Counted from the stretch's first letter, positions 39,350 through 49,465 are shown. The stretch is DNA of 64,000 bases from Candidatus Bathyarchaeota archaeon (GCA_005888735.1 VBBN01000027.1:10969-74968), one strand, 5' to 3'. Numbers and translations: made by a program. Notes: generated from the letters alone by a model not told the origin.

Positions 39350-42300
39350 CTATGGTAAGTTGACCTTGATCACTATGCCGGTGGCGTCGTAGACGACTGA
39401 TATCTGGCCAGAGCCAACAGCAGTGCTAACAATTTTCGCTCTTTCTGGTTCGGAGAGGGTTTCCACCTTCGCCAAAACAGTCACCGGGGGTCCGCTGGTT
39501 GGTGTAATTGTCAACAGCCATCTGGTGTTTCCCCCGAGCTCATACTGGTATCTGCTGGTAAGGGTTCCATTGATAGTGGTCTGCCCCGTTGGGATGGTTC
39601 CCAGGCTTGCCACTGCGTCCGCGGTGGCGCCTTGGACCTCAACCGGGTCGTTTGGATTGCTTAGGAAGTGGGCACCGACCTTCTTGGTTTGGCCGTCCAC
39701 CACTGCCACCATCTCTGGGACGGTAAGATTGCCCTGTGATCCGTAGTATGGGATTACGTAGGTCCATTGTCCGTTGATTACGTATAGGAGTATGTTTCCG
39801 GGGATCCAGTTTGGGTTCAGGGTGAGCTTGGCCCTCACATTAGGATCTGTAGCTACCGCTGAGACGGCTGATTGAGGCCCGATTACCGTGAATCCTTCTG
39901 GGAATTTGATTAGGAAGACTTGCCCCGTGTCCTTTCCGGCTGGAGCTATGTAGAGTCCCGCGAGGTTCTGCGACGGGCTCTGGTAGATTTCGACTAGGCG
40001 AACAGCGGCCCAGGTCAAGTTGCCGTTGATGGGTACTATTATGAAACGGGTGTCTTCTGTGTTCAGAAGGAACTGGTTTCGTTGCCATTGTAACGGGTCT
40101 GTTTGGAAGTAGAAGTTGTAAACGCTCTGTTGGGTGTTGAAGTATTGTTCGGGGTATCGTAGCTGGGGGACGAGCCATGATGGAATCCGCTGGTTCCATT
40201 GTGGATACATTGTGCGGTAGAACGATGTGACATAGTCGTTTCTCAAGCCAGGGTAAAGGTAGCCAGTGACTTCTCCCGTTTTCATGTTAGTCAGGACTGT
40301 AGCGAATAGTCTCAGGATTGACGTGTCTTGGTGGTCGGGATAGTCAGCGAAGTCGTGCGGACTAGTCCAGTCAATCCATGTCCAGTGTAACAGGTAGATG
40401 TTGCCCATGTCATCGACGACCGGGTAGGGGTCCGAGTCGGTTGCCATTCGGGGAAGGAGGAGTTTTGAGACGCGCGAGTCGACGTCACGGTCAACTAGAG
40501 CTTTGATGTCGCCATAGTTGCCTTGTGCGAAGTCTAGTCTGCCCTGCCAGAAGAATTTCCAGTATCTCCAGAAGCCCGAGTAGGTATAGTCTAACGCTCC
40601 ATTGTAGGAGGGGGGACCAACGTACCCTGTCAGGTGGGTCTCGTTGAATGATGGTATGTTCAAGTAGACTTCGTCAACCGAGCTCCAAAGGCCACCTTCG
40701 CCATAGTAGAGTTGAGGTGTCTGGTTCAGGTTCCAGACCTTGCTTATATCAACGGTCTCTGTGGTGGCAGCGTTTACTGCTAGGACTTTTTCCGAGTGGG
40801 TCAAGAGGAGATGCTGGGTCCGCCATGTGTCAACGTCTCCTGAGATCGTTGGCTGAACTAGCTGGAGTGCTGAGACCCAGTATTCTGTTCCCTTGATGAA
40901 GATGATATCGACGCCTGCATTTTGGATGGACATCCAGTTTACCCCGACGAGGGGCTTCATGTTATTCTTCGCCGAGTCCGCTGTGAAAATTCGAATGTGG
41001 TCTAGTACGTTTGTCTGGTTGGTTGAGGCTGTTATGATCGCTTTGTCAGCGCTGGTTATAGAGTCAACTCCGTAAGCCCAGCGTGTGTAGTCGATTGTTG
41101 GAACGTAGGCGGGAGTCCACTGGTATTCGATGTAGCGTCCTGACTGTCCGCGTAGGAATGCGCTGTAGGCGGGGAGTGTGAAGATGGAGACTATGACGAT
41201 GGCTAGGATGATGATGCCTCTGGTTCGGGTTAGGGCTCTGGTGTGGAATATTCTGCGTGTGCGGGTGAGGACTGTGAGGAATATGGTGCCTCCCATGAGC
41301 AGGATTGTTGTCCAGAGGACTAGTGGGGTTCCTACGTCGTAGACCATTGTTCCTGCGTTGAGGAATACGTAGACTACTGGTAGGACGATGATTGCTAGGA
41401 TTTCGCTTAGTGCTCTCCTGGACATGCCCATTGCGCCGATGTTGGTGGTTCCAACGGCTAGGTTGGCTACGGCTGATAGTCCTAGTCGTAGGCCGAAGAG
41501 GACGAAGGCTAGTGAGAGGAATGTCTGTAGGAACCTGAAGACTTCGAAGGTGAAGGTGTTGTCGATTCCGAAGCTTGCGGGGACGGTGTACGCTCCTCCG
41601 ATTCTCATCCCGAGGATGCCGAAGTAGCTTCCTAGTTGGGCTTGCCAAGTGCTGCCTGTCTGGCCGAGATAGTTCTGAATCGTGACGAACCTCAGGGCAA
41701 TGTCGCCGGCGAGGGTTGCTGCTATTGCGAGGCCGACTAGGAGCTTGAAGGCTGTCCAGGCGAGGAAGGATGGTGATGATACGCGGAAGCGGTCGTTCCA
41801 TTGCATCTTGCCGTTCTTGTTGATCATGGCGTGGTCCGGGTTGGTTCCAACGTCCCACTCTACCTGTTTCGGAGTGGAGGCAGTCGGCATTTCCCAGCGG
41901 CGTCTTCTCCCGGCCGCGAGGAACTGTCCGAGGTTGGATTTGGCGAGGAGCCGGAGTAGCCCGAGGAATTTGCTGTGCATGTAGAAGCGTCTTACGCCGT
42001 CATCGCCGGTGGCAGGGGAGACTCGAGGGTCGCTGAACATGAAGAGTGCTGTTAGGATGAATATTGTCCAGATGACGGAGCCGTTGAGATAGAGCAGTCC
42101 AAGATAGTTGAATCCTGACTTTGTCAGAAGGGTGGTGTATCTCACGTCGCTGCCGAGTCCGAAGTTGATGCCGTCTCCGAAGCTGCCGAATGTTGCTAGG
42201 CCGAGGAGGAGGTAGTAGATTATCCAGTAGCGTTTCTCTCCGCCTCGTCTTTTCTGGACTTGGGAGAACAGGTAGGAGCCGGCTACCGCGAAGATGAGTA

Positions 42301-42478
42301 TGGGGGCGGCGTCTTGGAGGAACTGGATGAGGAGGAGCCAGCCGCCTATCGGGGTCTTGAAGACTGAGAGTTGGACTAGGAGGGCGAGTTGGAGAGTGAT
42401 GCTGATGAGGATGGCTGCGAGTGCGGCGATAACTCCGATTTTGAAGAGTCTGCGGGAGGTGTCTTTGGGCTGGTTCAC
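39350..42478 (-). CDS. UPF0182-family membrane protein
   Basis: N-terminal multi-TM region, IDYTRWAYG, HLLLTH, PQLYYGE, DSDPYPVVD, LRYPE. Confidence 0.82.
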   Translation of the reverse strand: MNQPKDTSRRLFKIGVIAALAAILISITLQLALLVQLSVFKTPIGGWLLLIQFLQDAAPILIFAVAGSYLFSQVQKRRGGEKRYWIIYYLLLGLATFGSFGDGINFGLGSDVRYTTLLTKSGFNYLGLLYLNGSVIWTIFILTALFMFSDPRVSPATGDDGVRRFYMHSKFLGLLRLLAKSNLGQFLAAGRRRRWEMPTASTPKQVEWDVGTNPDHAMINKNGKMQWNDRFRVSSPSFLAWTAFKLLVGLAIAATLAGDIALRFVTIQNYLGQTGSTWQAQLGSYFGILGMRIGGAYTVPASFGIDNTFTFEVFRFLQTFLSLAFVLFGLRLGLSAVANLAVGTTNIGAMGMSRRALSEILAIIVLPVVYVFLNAGTMVYDVGTPLVLWTTILLMGGTIFLTVLTRTRRIFHTRALTRTRGIIILAIVIVSIFTLPAYSAFLRGQSGRYIEYQWTPAYVPTIDYTRWAYGVDSITSADKAIITASTNQTNVLDHIRIFTADSAKNNMKPLVGVNWMSIQNAGVDIIFIKGTEYWVSALQLVQPTISGDVDTWRTQHLLLTHSEKVLAVNAATTETVDISKVWNLNQTPQLYYGEGGLWSSVDEVYLNIPSFNETHLTGYVGPPSYNGALDYTYSGFWRYWKFFWQGRLDFAQGNYGDIKALVDRDVDSRVSKLLLPRMATDSDPYPVVDDMGNIYLLHWTWIDWTSPHDFADYPDHQDTSILRLFATVLTNMKTGEVTGYLYPGLRNDYVTSFYRTMYPQWNQRIPSWLVPQLRYPEQYFNTQQSVYNFYFQTDPLQWQRNQFLLNTEDTRFIIVPINGNLTWAAVRLVEIYQSPSQNLAGLYIAPAGKDTGQVFLIKFPEGFTVIGPQSAVSAVATDPNVRAKLTLNPNWIPGNILLYVINGQWTYVIPYYGSQGNLTVPEMVAVVDGQTKKVGAHFLSNPNDPVEVQGATADAVASLGTIPTGQTTINGTLTSRYQYELGGNTRWLLTITPTSGPPVTVLAKVETLSEPERAKIVSTAVGSGQISVVYDATGIVIKVNLP

Positions 42479-42553
42479 GCGCTTCTCTTCCTAAACTGGT
42501 CTTCGCTTTCAGGGAGACTACGGGATAAACCCTTGACTGGAGGCTTTTCGTGC

Positions 42554-43453
42554 TTAGGCTGGGATGCTTTGATAAGATGTCTCTCTCAGCCGTGTGAGTT
42601 CTTCGCTTACCTGCCAGAGCCGGTGGGCTGCCGCCTCGTCGTATGAGCACCTTGAGGACTTGGCTTCGTTCATTTTCGCATAATACTTTCCGGTGACGCC
42701 TTCCACTTCGGCTGACGTGCAGAGATATGTGACTGACTGGGCGGCCGTTCCCGGGTTTGTATAGAACAGTTTCAACGTTCGGAAGACCTTCGGGAAGAGG
42801 CCAGGTTCTCCCTCGCCGAGGTGTGAGGCTACGGCGCCGGGGTGGAGCGCGTTCGCGGTTACGCTTGTTCCTCTCAGTCTCCTCGACAGCTCATAGGTGA
42901 ACAGGACATTGGCCAGTTTTGATTGTCCGTAGGCGCGCAGTCCGCCGTACTTCTTCTCGCCGTTGAGGTCGTCGAAGTAGATTCTGGCTCCGTTGTGAGC
43001 GTCTGAGGCGAGGTTGACTATGCGGGAGGGTGCGCTTTTCTTGAGGAGGGGGAGGAGTTGGTTGGTTAGGAGGAAGGGTGCGAGGTGGTTGACTTGGAAT
43101 GTTTCCTCGTAGCCGTCTTTGGTTAGGTATCGTTTTGTCCGTAGGACGCCTGCGTTGTTGACGAGGATGTCTAGTCTTCCGTATTCTTGTTTGAAGTCTT
43201 GGGCGAGATGGCGGACGGAGTCGAGGCTACGGAAGTCTGCTTGTAGCTTGTTGATGCTGCCGGCGCGATCCATTATGCCGTAGAGTCGTTCTTGGATGTT
43301 GTTGACGGCTCGTTGGCCCTGTTCTAGGTCGCGGCAGGTTAGGACTACGTGTCCGCCCTGGGCGGCGAGTTGGAGGGCGGCGCTCCAGCCTATTCCCCGG
43401 GTTCCGCCGGTGACGAGGCAGGTTTGGCCGGTGATCCGGCCCATCATCTTCAC
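42554..43453 (-). CDS. SDR oxidoreductase (retinol-dehydrogenase-like)
   Basis: TGGTRGIG, NNAG, VNHLAPFLLT, YGQSKLAN, LHPG. Confidence 0.93.
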   Translation of the reverse strand: MKMMGRITGQTCLVTGGTRGIGWSAALQLAAQGGHVVLTCRDLEQGQRAVNNIQERLYGIMDRAGSINKLQADFRSLDSVRHLAQDFKQEYGRLDILVNNAGVLRTKRYLTKDGYEETFQVNHLAPFLLTNQLLPLLKKSAPSRIVNLASDAHNGARIYFDDLNGEKKYGGLRAYGQSKLANVLFTYELSRRLRGTSVTANALHPGAVASHLGEGEPGLFPKVFRTLKLFYTNPGTAAQSVTYLCTSAEVEGVTGKYYAKMNEAKSSRCSYDEAAAHRLWQVSEELTRLRETSYQSIPA

Positions 43454-43499
43454 GCCTCCATCACGTCTCCTAGGGATGATGCGGTTCTATGCAGGGTCT

Positions 43500-44105
43500 C
43501 GTCGCTTTGATGCTCTTTAACCTGTCCTAAGCCAGCGAGTCTGGCTGTGCTGCGTCCCCGTGTGGATTGTTTGTTCGGGGTCGACGGGTTTTGTTCTGGC
43601 TCGCCGGGAGAGACAAGGGGCCCCTCGGGCCCATAAAGAATGTTTGATTTTTCTTTTGGGACTCGGCTCTTTCACGTCTCAAATAGCCGCGTCCGTACCC
43701 GGTCGAAAAATCGAGGGTCGTTTCTTGTCTGGCGGTAAGAACGGGCGATTTCAGGCTGATAGGGGCGAGAATAGGCGAGTCTAGGATCTTGGCAAAGTGG
43801 ATTCGTTAGCGTTTTCCTTCACACGATGGAGGCGAGCATTCTTGGTCGCTGACAGATTGTGATTCAGGGCTTGTTCTGGGCGATTTGTCGTGACTCTATT
43901 CTCCGTCTCTCCGGTCTTGTGTCTCGAGAAGGCCACACGATTACACATTTCTCCTGGAGAGGTCTGCTGTCTGGGCGTGATTCTGGGCTTGTTTCCCGCT
44001 GATTAGCCTGTTACGGGCTTGTCCAGTGTTTTGGGACCCATGCGTATTCCCCTAGGGTTAGCTGTGGAATAGGCGGGTCTGGAAATCTCGGGCTTATTTT
44101 GCAGA
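43500..44105. repeat. Non-coding element D (approx. 600 bp) with repeated GGGCTTGT motifs
   Basis: GTGATTC(A/T)GGGCTTGTT at about 43859 and 43977; further GGGCTT copies near 44015 and 44090; blocks shared with elements B and C. Confidence 0.65.
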
Positions 44106-44504
44106 TTAGGCTTGATTCTGGACGATTTGATAGGCGGGGACCCGCTTGGAGCGGCGGGCGGCGTTCTCAGCCACGCGCGCTTTCACGATGCGCGTGACTA
44201 GGCGGGTGGGCAGGGGGTGGTCGGGCGTGAAGCGCAAGGTTCCTTTCCCCGTGTCGAACGGTTTCAGTTCGCGCGAGAACTGGCGGCGGACTTGGGCGCT
44301 TCCCGGGAAAAGGCTACAGTGTTCTTTGAACGCGGCATAGTAAACGAGTATCCCCTTCTGCCGGAACGCTGGCATGTTGTAGCTGATGACCTCTTCCGCG
44401 TCGGGGGCGGCGGCCTTGATTGTCTTACGAAGCTTGTTAATAGCCGTGCGCATTTCTTTCGGCACTGATTCTAGATACTCGTCTACTGAATCGACTTTTT
44501 TCAT
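44106..44504 (-). CDS. DUF1801/YdhG-like protein
   Basis: VDEYL, LRKTIKAAAPDAEEVISYNMPAF, YYAAFKEH, GKGTLRF. Confidence 0.88.
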   Translation of the reverse strand: MKKVDSVDEYLESVPKEMRTAINKLRKTIKAAAPDAEEVISYNMPAFRQKGILVYYAAFKEHCSLFPGSAQVRRQFSRELKPFDTGKGTLRFTPDHPLPTRLVTRIVKARVAENAARRSKRVPAYQIVQNQA

Positions 44505-44618
44505 GACAATACCTCTTTGCTTATCCCTCTGTCAAACACAGACTATAGCGTCCAAAAAAGGCCGAAGAGGCAATAAAGCTGATGTAGTCTACAGGACGAC
44601 GATGAAAAATACGGAGTT

Positions 44619-45209
44619 ATGGCAATGAGAAAAATAATCCTAGCGATGCAGGTAACCCTCGACGGCTTCGTTGCTGGTCCGAAGGGCGAACTAGACTGGC
44701 TTGCGGACGACGAGGAGCAGGGGAAAGACCTTTTCAGAATGCTGAGGTCGGCGGACACTTTTCTATTGGGACGCGCCATGTATCCTGGTTATGCAAAATA
44801 CTGGCGTAGCGTGCTTGCAAACCCGGCGGCCAAGAAGGGCGAACTGAAATTTGCGCGTATCGCCGAAAAAACGCCGCACATTGTTTTTTCGCGGACGATG
44901 AAAAAGGCCGACTGGAAGAACACAAGGATCGAGAGAAGAGGCGCCTCGGAAGCGATTCGAAGACTGAAACAAAGGGCGGGCAAGAACATGGTCGTATGGG
45001 GAGGCGCCCGCTTTGCGTCCAGTCTCATCGGCCTTGGTCTTGTGGATGAATACCGGCTACTTGTGAATCCCGTCATACTTGGCAAGGGAAAACCCTTGTT
45101 CAGAAGCATGAATGAGAGGCGCAGGATTAAGCTGGTGGACGCGAAGAAGTTCAGGTCAGGGATCGTCCTGCTCCGCTACAAGGCCTTGAAAAAGCCGAGA
45201 AAGGAATAA
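44619..45209 (+). CDS. Dihydrofolate reductase-family (RibD C-terminal-like) protein
   Basis: VTLDGFVAGP, LLGRAMY, WGGA, LVDEYRLLVNPVILGKGKPLF. Confidence 0.9.
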   Translation: MAMRKIILAMQVTLDGFVAGPKGELDWLADDEEQGKDLFRMLRSADTFLLGRAMYPGYAKYWRSVLANPAAKKGELKFARIAEKTPHIVFSRTMKKADWKNTRIERRGASEAIRRLKQRAGKNMVVWGGARFASSLIGLGLVDEYRLLVNPVILGKGKPLFRSMNERRRIKLVDAKKFRSGIVLLRYKALKKPRKE

Positions 45210-45290
45210 GAGAGTAGTTCAGAGAAACATAGGAAGGTGAGGCACGCTCTCCATTAAAGGCCGGCGGCGTCGGGGCCGTAGCGTTGTAGA

Positions 45291-45663
45291 ATGTCTACCT
45301 CCTTGGTTTGTCCCCATTGTGGATATGCTAATCCTGAGGGGGCCAGCTTCTGTGCAGACTGCGCTGGAGTCCTCTCACCCGCCGACCATGCTGAGGTATC
45401 ACCTGGCGAATGTGTTAGACCTCCAGATACGCAGGAGGCAGGTGGTCCAGTGCAATGTTCTTCTTGCAAGATTCCAATGGAACAAACAAGGGACGTTCCC
45501 TTCAGGATTGGCGGTTATGTTGGCGCAAGAAGATTTGCTATGGGGGACGTGGCTGAGGCTTGCAGAATACCTCATGCTCGTGGATCTCTACATTTGTCCA
45601 AAGTGCGGGTCCATTCGCCTCTATGCAAACCAGAAGACAAAGCAGGCTCTGCCTCGACGCTAG
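45291..45663 (+). pseudogene. Zinc-ribbon protein, frameshift near 45557
   Basis: CPHCG..FCADCA and CSSCK in one frame; LAEYLMLVDLYICPKCGSIRLY in another. Removing one G at GAGG joins them. Confidence 0.65.
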
Positions 45664-45724
45664 AAATTGTCTGTAAGAACGGAACCTGGGTTCATTATGA
45701 CCACCCGTCCCCAGTTTGGCTTCG

Positions 45725-46111
45725 CTAGCCAAGCTGAGTTATCTGTATCAGGTTGCCGCACGTATCATTAAACCTAGCGATTGTTGAGCCGGTTGTTTTT
45801 GTTGGCTCCATGGTGAATTTCACGCCGAGTCTCTTCAGTCTCTGGTATTCTTTCTGGATATCGTCAACGAAGAACATTGATGCGGGGATACCTTGCTTGA
45901 GGATGGATTCTTGGTATGATTTGGCGGCGGGGTTGTCGTTAGGCTCAAGGACCAGCTGGGGCCCGTTTGAGTCTTCAGGGGAGACAACTGTTAACCAACG
46001 GAACTTCCCCGCGGTGAAATCGGCCTTTTTAACAAAGCCCAGGATCTTCGTGTAGAACTCAAGCGCCTTGTTTTGATCGTCGATAAATACACTGGTCAGC
46101 TTGATTTTCAT
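45725..46111 (-). CDS. VOC/glyoxalase-family protein
   Basis: DDQNKALEFYTKILGF, RWLTV, DTCGNLIQI. Confidence 0.92.
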   Translation of the reverse strand: MKIKLTSVFIDDQNKALEFYTKILGFVKKADFTAGKFRWLTVVSPEDSNGPQLVLEPNDNPAAKSYQESILKQGIPASMFFVDDIQKEYQRLKRLGVKFTMEPTKTTGSTIARFNDTCGNLIQITQLG

Positions 46112-46183
46112 AAATCGTCATCAGCTGGAATCCACTACTTAAGCGATGATCTTAGACCTTGAAAATAGTTCGGGCATCTAGAA

Positions 46184-46945
46184 ATGATTCGCATCGACCA
46201 TCATAATCACATACTCCTCGCGGAAATAACGGAGATGGTTGCTGCAGCGAAGGCGAGCGAGGTCCGCGAATTTTCTATCACGGAGCATGTTTCCCAGTTC
46301 GGAGAGCCGAGAATGTCCGTCGGGTTCGGCTCAGTGCATTCTAGCGGTAGGATCTTCGAGACTCTGAAGGAGTACCGTGATGAGTTTAGGAAGGTGGACG
46401 ATCGAGCGGGGTTGGGGATGAAGGTCAATCAGGGCCTCGAGGTCGATTTTTCCCCGCGTTACGAGAAGAAGGTAGGAGATTTTGTCAACCAGGAGGAGTG
46501 GGACATGCTGCTCTGCTCTGTTCACGAATTCGAAGATGGGAGGGACATCGAGAAAGGTGCTGGCCCGGTTGACCCGGCTCTGGCGAATGAACGCTGGCGC
46601 GATTATCTCAGATTGGAACGGATGGCGCTCGAGAGCGACTTTGTCCCTTTCACGGTGCTCTCTCATCCAGTTAGATTGTCGAGGGGGACAAAGACTGTTC
46701 CTCCCGAACTTGACGAGCTATTGTTAGACCTCGCGAGAATTGCCCAGAGACGGAATAGGGCCCTTGAACTGAATGGGAACGATATCGACAACGCCCCAGG
46801 ACTTGTTCATAGACTCGCGACAGCCTGCTCAATGGCTGGCTGCAAGGTGAGTCTCGGGTCGGATGCTCACCACCCGAGGGACGTGTTCAGAAACATGCGA
46901 GTCGCCATGGCTCTAGTTAACGAGTTCAATTTGGAAACCATCTAG
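46184..46945 (+). CDS. PHP-domain phosphoesterase (histidinol-phosphatase-like)
   Basis: DHHNH, ITEH, GLEVDF, SVH, SHP, GSDAH. Confidence 0.88.
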   Translation: MIRIDHHNHILLAEITEMVAAAKASEVREFSITEHVSQFGEPRMSVGFGSVHSSGRIFETLKEYRDEFRKVDDRAGLGMKVNQGLEVDFSPRYEKKVGDFVNQEEWDMLLCSVHEFEDGRDIEKGAGPVDPALANERWRDYLRLERMALESDFVPFTVLSHPVRLSRGTKTVPPELDELLLDLARIAQRRNRALELNGNDIDNAPGLVHRLATACSMAGCKVSLGSDAHHPRDVFRNMRVAMALVNEFNLETI

Positions 46946-47006
46946 ACACTTCTCGTCGAAGCTCGTGAAGTTGAGGTTTCTTGAGGAGCTAGGAAGTGGG
47001 CTTTGA

Positions 47007-47810
47007 TTATTTCAGTCGGTTGATGTTTGCTGCTTCCAAGAAATGTTTCAGGACATCGGCGAGCAATGTCCCGTAGTTGTCTTCCGTGAGGTCTTGTCTG
47101 AGATTGGTGAGTAGATTCTCGAAGTATGGGTAGTGTTCTGCCATTTTTGGTGGAATGCTGGCAAGAAACTTCTGGTTGGCCAGTTTTGCCCGATTGTCCA
47201 CGTCTTTGACCCCGTGTCTGTGCATCTGGGCTAGTGCGCGAGCATTGTGTTCCATGATGCTGGCGTTTGTCCAATTGTCCTTCTTGACATCGTCAGTTTT
47301 AGCCGGCTTGTCTTTGACCCATGACTGCAAGAAGTCTGTCGCCTGAGAGTCGTTCATTATCTTGTTTTTCCGGATAACCTGAAACGAAATATCGTCAGCA
47401 TACAAGTCCTGAATGTCATTTAGAAGGTCGAACAGTATCTTCTCTTGGTAAGGCCGCATTTTTCCAAGATTCCCGACTGCTTCCTGCAGTATTGTCCCGT
47501 TGTGGGATGGGTGCTGTGTTCGTATGCGGTAGACGTGTGACATTTCATGAACAAGCAATCCTTCTAACAATCCAGATTCTACTGACCCGCCTGAGACGAC
47601 TATTTTGAAGCCCCCGCGCTGTGGAGCGGTGTATCCCATGAACGGGAGTTTTGGATCAATGACAGCGTCCACATTGTTGCCAATGTCGTAGCCCGCATCA
47701 CGGAGCATACGCGACGCGTTCTCACGGGCCTTTCTGACTATTTCCGTTGTCTCAAGATCTTTGTTTGCAGTCTGAGTTTCCGCTCGTGGATTCATGTTCC
47801 GTGAACCCAC
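47007..47810 (-). CDS. HExxH zinc-metalloprotease-like protein (DUF5781-like)
   Basis: DPKLPFMGYT, LLVHEMSHVYR..HPSH, DLYADD. Confidence 0.75.
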   Translation of the reverse strand: MGSRNMNPRAETQTANKDLETTEIVRKARENASRMLRDAGYDIGNNVDAVIDPKLPFMGYTAPQRGGFKIVVSGGSVESGLLEGLLVHEMSHVYRIRTQHPSHNGTILQEAVGNLGKMRPYQEKILFDLLNDIQDLYADDISFQVIRKNKIMNDSQATDFLQSWVKDKPAKTDDVKKDNWTNASIMEHNARALAQMHRHGVKDVDNRAKLANQKFLASIPPKMAEHYPYFENLLTNLRQDLTEDNYGTLLADVLKHFLEAANINRLK

Positions 47811-47863
47811 GCGGTCTTACTTATATACTTAGTAGTGCAACCTTACTGGACGGGCCAAGTACT

Positions 47864-48865
47864 ATGGTTAGTGCGACCCTTACGAAATCCGCCGCGGCTG
47901 TGAGTAGGTCTCGGAGAGACTTCTCGGGTCTAGCTCACAGAGAGCCTGTTTTCGGATTGAGCATTACTCCTGACAATGTGGAGAAAGCCTTCACCCTGGC
48001 GAAGGAGGCGGATGAGCTCGGGTTGGACATGATCGGCGTTCAAGATCATCCCTACAATGGGAGTTTCCTCGACACCTGGACTCTCATCGGCGCTCTTGCC
48101 GGGTCGACAAGGAAGATTCGTTTCTTTACTGACGTGAGTGACCTTCCAATGAGGCCGCCGGCTATGCTCGCAAAAGCGTCAGCCTCTCTTGACATCATAA
48201 CAAGGGGACTTATTGAACTGGGCCTGGGAGCAGGCGCGTTCTGGGACGCGATTCACTCGTACGGTGGGCCCAGGAGACGGCCTGGGGAGGCTGTTGCTGC
48301 TCTTGAGGAGGCAATGCAGGTGATTCGTCTCATCTGGAATTATGGAGGTCCTCGAAGGCGCGTCAGTTTCCCGGGAAAATACTACCAGCTGGAAAATGCG
48401 CAGGCGGGTCCAAGCCCTCACCACAACATCGGCATCTGGCTCGGGGCAAAGCGGCCGGGGATGATGGAGCTCATCGGACGGTCAGGTGATGGATGGGTAA
48501 TTCCACTGAGCTCGTACATGTCCGCTAGCGAGATGAGGGCCGCGCAGGAGCTAATCAACGCTGCGGCACAGAAAAGCGGCCGATCGCAGGACTCGATTGC
48601 CCGGATTTCTAACATAATCGGTGTAATCGACGAGGAGAGCGGGTTGAATAGATCCAGTGGTGAGAAGACTACGTTCGTGGGCTCGTCCTCTCAGTGGGTA
48701 GACTGGATTGTATCTTCCTACAGGGATCTTGGTGTGGATACGTTCGTCTTCTGGCCGGCTGCCCAGGGACAGGAGGAAAGCCAGCTCCGTCTTTTTGCCG
48801 AGCGAGTCGTCCCTAAGGTCCGCGCCTCTATCAGGGAGAAACCAACGAAGTCCAAGGTGACTTAG
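47864..48865 (+). CDS. LLM-class flavin-dependent oxidoreductase
   Basis: QDHPY, LDTWT, RPPAMLAK, ELGLGAG, DGW. Start set to ATG 47864, after TTATATA at 47821. Confidence 0.92.
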   Translation: MVSATLTKSAAAVSRSRRDFSGLAHREPVFGLSITPDNVEKAFTLAKEADELGLDMIGVQDHPYNGSFLDTWTLIGALAGSTRKIRFFTDVSDLPMRPPAMLAKASASLDIITRGLIELGLGAGAFWDAIHSYGGPRRRPGEAVAALEEAMQVIRLIWNYGGPRRRVSFPGKYYQLENAQAGPSPHHNIGIWLGAKRPGMMELIGRSGDGWVIPLSSYMSASEMRAAQELINAAAQKSGRSQDSIARISNIIGVIDEESGLNRSSGEKTTFVGSSSQWVDWIVSSYRDLGVDTFVFWPAAQGQEESQLRLFAERVVPKVRASIREKPTKSKVT

Positions 48866-48910
48866 ACATGAGAGGGCTTCGGGGAGGAAGGTACTGTTAT
48901 AATCGAACTA

Positions 48911-49465
48911 TCAACCTGGGGTTATGCGACCGACCCGCATTTCCTCGGTGACAATCCATGTCTTCCCCATGTCCCGAGATTCAACTGCTCGCCAGCGGAA
49001 GGATAGAGGGGTAATCTCGGAGAAGATCCAGTGCTCAGGATACCCTTCCCTCGTCTTGCCCCTCAGCACAATCTCGTCGCTCTCTTTCCGTGCCACGAAA
49101 GTTTGCAGAACGCCTTGTTTGGGTGAGATCCAGATATTGTGCCAAGCGTCTATCTTGGGGTCGTAGTACCTGACAGTCGTCCCGGATGGAATCGCCTTTC
49201 CCGTTCGCTCATCTTTGCTCATCCAGACATCCTGTACGGCTCTCCCGTTGAGAATCCAGCCGAAGTGGATCTCGCCTTTGGTTTTGATTTCGGTTCCATC
49301 GGGTTGAGCATAGCGAGCATCCATTTCCCAATCTCCCACGAACTGACCGAAGAGCATCAGCTTCTCTTTGAGTTCCGGGAATGGACCTTCAGCTCCCAAT
49401 CCCTTGATTGTCCAAACCTGACCTGGCTGGAGCGAACCAACGACCTCCTTCATCATGAAGCCCAT
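48911..49465 (-). CDS. Lipocalin-like beta-barrel protein (DUF1579-like)
   Basis: FGQFVGDW, FGWILNGRAVQDVW, GTTVRYYDP, WIFSEIT..SFRW. Confidence 0.7.
   Translation of the reverse strand: MGFMMKEVVGSLQPGQVWTIKGLGAEGPFPELKEKLMLFGQFVGDWEMDARYAQPDGTEIKTKGEIHFGWILNGRAVQDVWMSKDERTGKAIPSGTTVRYYDPKIDAWHNIWISPKQGVLQTFVARKESDEIVLRGKTREGYPEHWIFSEITPLSFRWRAVESRDMGKTWIVTEEMRVGRITPG

Noticed and set aside
41064-42650. Long alternative-frame ORFs rich in P/H/R/Q (264 and 216 aa)
   Set aside because: Shadow ORFs created by the strong A/C third-position skew of the UPF0182 gene. Most other overlapping or antisense ORFs in the track were rejected as shadows of real genes.
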